A stretch of DNA of 64,000 bases from assembly GCA_937910785.1 (NCBI GenBank), contig CALDLG010000029.1, forward strand, positions 45 to 64,044, written 5' to 3'. How positions within the stretch are numbered: position 1 is the first letter of the stretch; every line of letters begins with the position of its first letter. The position numbers and the translations under genes were made by a program. The DNA is from an uncultured Lachnospiraceae bacterium. Lineage in GTDB: Bacteria; Bacillota; Clostridia; Lachnospirales; Lachnospiraceae. The notes below the pieces were generated by a model. It did not search any database. It saw only the letters and a program-made list of their open reading frames with translations, and had not been told where the DNA came from. This document shows, piece after piece, positions 60,743-64,000 of the stretch.

Positions 60743-63217
60743 ATGAAAACATATTTGTGTGGAAAAGAACCGCGATGCATGGAATGTTTTGACTTTGAAT
60801 GGTATTTTTATCACGGGGAAAAGGAGCCTCTTCCCGGAGCGCATGATCTGGAAGGCTTCCGGAAAGTACAGCTTCCCCATGACTGGAGTCTTTCTTACCC
60901 GTTCGATGAGAATGCATCCTCCTGCGGCTCCGGCGGCTATGTGGAGACAGGCGTCGGCTGGTATCGAAAGCTGTTTAAGACAGCCGGAGACATTGCGGCG
61001 GGGGAGAAAATCTGTCTGAAGTTTGACGGCGTATATATGCTGGCCGACGTATGGGTAAACGGCCGTAAGGCTGGGCGGCATGTTTATGGCTATACCCCCT
61101 TTGAGTGGGATATTACGAAGCTGCTTCGAAACGGTGAAGAGAACGTGGTGGACGTGAAGGTGGACAATTCCGCCCAGCCGGCTTCCAGATGGTATTCCGG
61201 TTCCGGCATCACGAGGGACGTATGGCTGTACCGGGTAAAGGAAGCGCATATTCTGCCTTATGGGGTATGGGTAAGACAGCCGGAGGTATCCCCGGAGCGG
61301 GCGAAGCTGCGGATTGAGACGAGATTTTCCATACCTGGCATCAGGGCGGATGAGGACATACCGGCAGTGAAAATCTTTTGGGTGGAGACAGAGATTCGTT
61401 CGCCGCAGGGCGGTTTATGCGCTGTGGAGAGAAAAGAGGCCGAATGGGAGGCTCCATCCGAAGCCGCGCCGGATGGCAGGGGGGAAGCGGCGGTCCGGCA
61501 GGATTTTTCCATCGAGTCTCCCATGCTGTGGGATACGGAGCATCCGTTTCTGTATGAAGTGATTACGAGACTTTACATGGGAGATATGCTGTCGGATGAA
61601 GTGCACACCCGTACCGGCCTGCGAAGCGCGGTTTTTCATAAAGATCAGGGTTTCCTGCTGAATGGAAGGCAGTGCAAGCTGAACGGCGTCTGCCTGCATC
61701 ATGACGGGGGATGTGCGGGTGCGGCGGTTCCGGCCGAAGTATGGGAGAGGCGCCTGTTCAAATTAAAAGAAATGGGGGCCAATGCCGTACGGATGGCTCA
61801 TAATCCGCCGGATCCGGCGCTGTTAGATTTGTGCGACAGGACAGGCTTTCTTGTCATGGATGAGGCATTCGATGAATGGAAGATTCTCAAAGGAAAGGAA
61901 TTTGGAAGCAATACGCATGAGAGCAGGGGATATTCGGAGTGGTTTCATGACTGCCATGAAGAAGATCTGCGGACAATGCTTCTGCGGGACAGAAATCATC
62001 CCTGTATCGTGATCTGGAGTATCGGAAACGAGGTGCCGGATCAGCAGAGTGATCAGGGGTATCTTACGGCGAGACATCTTAAAGAGATCTGCAGGGAACT
62101 GGACCCGGACCGTCCTGTTACGCAGGCCAATGATCAGATCTGCTCGGAACCTTTTCCGGCGAAAGAGAGTTTTCTGAAAGAACTGGATGTGGTGGGATAT
62201 AACTATGTTGGCAGATGGCGGAATCGCGCGGAGACCTTTTATGATGAAGACAGGCGGGCTTATCCGGACTGGTGTATGACGGGGACGGAAAATGGCGGAA
62301 CGGGCGGCATCCGGGGAGAATACCCGATGGAAATGTCAGAGAAAGAGGGCTGGTGGAGACGGCCTTATTACAGCGCTCCGGTGGAAAGCGGAAGACTCCT
62401 GCGTTATACCATGTCCCACGATTATGTGGCCGGCGATTTTATGTGGACGGGGATAGACTATCTGGGAGAGGCGCATTGGCCGGAGCGCTCCTCCAGTGCG
62501 GGGGTGTTGGATACATGCGGCTTTGAAAAGGACGGATACTATTTCTATCAGAGCATCTGGAAACGGGAGAAGCCCATGGTACATCTGCTTCCTCACTGGA
62601 ATCTGGAGATCGAAGAAGGAACCATACTGCCCGTATTATGTTATACGAGCTGTGACTGTGTAGAATTATTCCTGAATGGGAAATCTTATGGTAAGAAGGC
62701 TTATGCCTATCCGAATTACGGGATGACGGAAGAATACGGGCATTTTGAGAAAATGCCGATGGCTGTGAGCACGGGCGATCTGTTTTTATGCTGGGATGTA
62801 CCCTATGAACCGGGCTGTATTGAGGCGGTTGGTTACCGCAACGGAGAGGAAGCGGCACGCTGTAGTATGAGAACGGCGGGGAAGCCGGAGGAGATACGGT
62901 TATCCTGTTATCAGGACAGACTTGCGGCGGACGGCAGAAGCGCCGCGCAGATCGAAGTATCGATTGTCGACAGGGAAGGTAATTTCTGTCCGCAGGCAGA
63001 CTGTGACGTGACATTTACGGTGGAAGGACCGGCTTTCTTAACCGGTGTGGATAACGGAAATCCCAGATGCCATGAAAGCATGAAAGGGAATCATATTTCC
63101 GCTTTTCATGGGAAGGCTTTTGCGCTGCTTCGGTCGGATGGGGAAGCGGGGATCTGCGTGATCAGGGCATCGGCTGTGGGGGTGAAAGAAAACACTGTTG
63201 AAATCCGATTTGAATAA
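60743..63217 (+). CDS. Glycoside hydrolase family 2 (beta-galactosidase-like), cytoplasmic
   Basis: LPHDW, GWYRK, FDGVY, SRWYSGSGI.R, GVCLHHD, NHP....WSIGNE, F.WTG.DYLGE. Confidence 0.92.
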   Translation: MKTYLCGKEPRCMECFDFEWYFYHGEKEPLPGAHDLEGFRKVQLPHDWSLSYPFDENASSCGSGGYVETGVGWYRKLFKTAGDIAAGEKICLKFDGVYMLADVWVNGRKAGRHVYGYTPFEWDITKLLRNGEENVVDVKVDNSAQPASRWYSGSGITRDVWLYRVKEAHILPYGVWVRQPEVSPERAKLRIETRFSIPGIRADEDIPAVKIFWVETEIRSPQGGLCAVERKEAEWEAPSEAAPDGRGEAAVRQDFSIESPMLWDTEHPFLYEVITRLYMGDMLSDEVHTRTGLRSAVFHKDQGFLLNGRQCKLNGVCLHHDGGCAGAAVPAEVWERRLFKLKEMGANAVRMAHNPPDPALLDLCDRTGFLVMDEAFDEWKILKGKEFGSNTHESRGYSEWFHDCHEEDLRTMLLRDRNHPCIVIWSIGNEVPDQQSDQGYLTARHLKEICRELDPDRPVTQANDQICSEPFPAKESFLKELDVVGYNYVGRWRNRAETFYDEDRRAYPDWCMTGTENGGTGGIRGEYPMEMSEKEGWWRRPYYSAPVESGRLLRYTMSHDYVAGDFMWTGIDYLGEAHWPERSSSAGVLDTCGFEKDGYYFYQSIWKREKPMVHLLPHWNLEIEEGTILPVLCYTSCDCVELFLNGKSYGKKAYAYPNYGMTEEYGHFEKMPMAVSTGDLFLCWDVPYEPGCIEAVGYRNGEEAARCSMRTAGKPEEIRLSCYQDRLAADGRSAAQIEVSIVDREGNFCPQADCDVTFTVEGPAFLTGVDNGNPRCHESMKGNHISAFHGKAFALLRSDGEAGICVIRASAVGVKENTVEIRFE

Positions 63218-63245
63218 GGAACTTTCAGGAGAGGAGGTAAAGAGC

Positions 63246-64000
63246 GTGACGCAGAAAGAAATTGCTGAAGCGCTTGGATTATCAAAGACGACGGTCTCAA
63301 GAGCGATTTCCGGAAAAGGAAGAATCGGGGAAGAGACAAGAAATAAAATCCTGAAATATATGAGAGACCATCAGGCGAACAAGAATGGCGTACTGCCGAC
63401 CAGACTTCTTGGGGTAGCGCTTCCGGCGGACAGCAATATCAATACGAATCATTTTTTCGCGGAATGTCTGTATGGAGTCTGCGAAGCGGCAGCCTATATG
63501 AATTATAATGTACTTGTTATGAAGGTTACGGAAGGCGATATTTCCGAGGTCATCAATGCGGTGGAAGGCGGGAAGATCGATGCGGTGATTCTGACAAGAA
63601 GCATGGAAAATGACAGGGCGATGCAGTATCTGGAAAAAACAGGTTTTCCGGTGGGGCTTGCGGGACAGTATGCCGGTGAGGATGTCATTACCGTCGATAT
63701 CGATAATCAGGGAGCGACGGAAGAACTGGTTACGATGATGATCGCGAAAGGATTTCGGCGTTTTGCCCTGATTCTGGAGGAAATTAATTATGTGGTGAAC
63801 CGCAACCGGTATAACGGGTTTATGAATGCCCTTATGAAAAGCGGCATATCGGAGAAAAAGCAGTATATTTATGCGGGGAAGGTTTACGACAATGTGATGG
63901 AAATGGTGATGGCCGATATCCTTTCCAATAAAACGGACTGCATCGTCTGCGGCGATGATGAGCTGTGCGTCCGGATTATGTCCTGGCTGCAGGGAGAGGG
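63246..64000 (+). CDS. LacI-family transcriptional regulator, truncated by the window edge
   Basis: GGAGG RBS then GTG; TQKEIAEALGLSKTTVSRAISG HTH; sugar-binding domain (VDIDN, CGDD). Confidence 0.9.
   Translation, partial: MTQKEIAEALGLSKTTVSRAISGKGRIGEETRNKILKYMRDHQANKNGVLPTRLLGVALPADSNINTNHFFAECLYGVCEAAAYMNYNVLVMKVTEGDISEVINAVEGGKIDAVILTRSMENDRAMQYLEKTGFPVGLAGQYAGEDVITVDIDNQGATEELVTMMIAKGFRRFALILEEINYVVNRNRYNGFMNALMKSGISEKKQYIYAGKVYDNVMEMVMADILSNKTDCIVCGDDELCVRIMSWLQGE

Overview
Chromosomal, mostly housekeeping window from a spore-forming Clostridia genome. Gene content and order (spoVG, spoVT, glgCD, dnaD-dnaC-prs, IleRS2) look Lachnospiraceae-like; this is an inference. It holds about 45 CDS: a HelD-type helicase, QueT with a preQ1-I riboswitch, two peptide-type ABC operons, an M3 oligoendopeptidase, NAD salvage (pncA/pncB), hemerythrin, pectin methylesterase, prs-dnaC-dnaD, murC, glgCD, spoVG-pth-mfd, an alpha/beta-hydrolase-murF-ddl block, spoVT, asparaginase, an Eis-like GNAT, T-box-ileS, glgP and a sugar ABC-GH2-LacI locus. 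I saw no rRNA, tRNA, CRISPR array, prophage or transposase. Most notable: (1) a HelD-family helicase fused to a non-catalytic GH31 N-terminal domain and split by a 1-nt frameshift in an A7 run; (2) a tandemly duplicated two-hairpin element in the glgP leader; (3) an unannotated 33-aa ORF downstream of a perfect LexA box; (4) a 5-box DnaA cluster upstream of dnaD-dnaC; (5) an apparent 6-aa in-frame deletion next to the Mfd Walker B; (6) a ~1030-aa multi-zinc-ribbon protein of unknown function. All assignments come from motif recognition by eye; no database searches were run.
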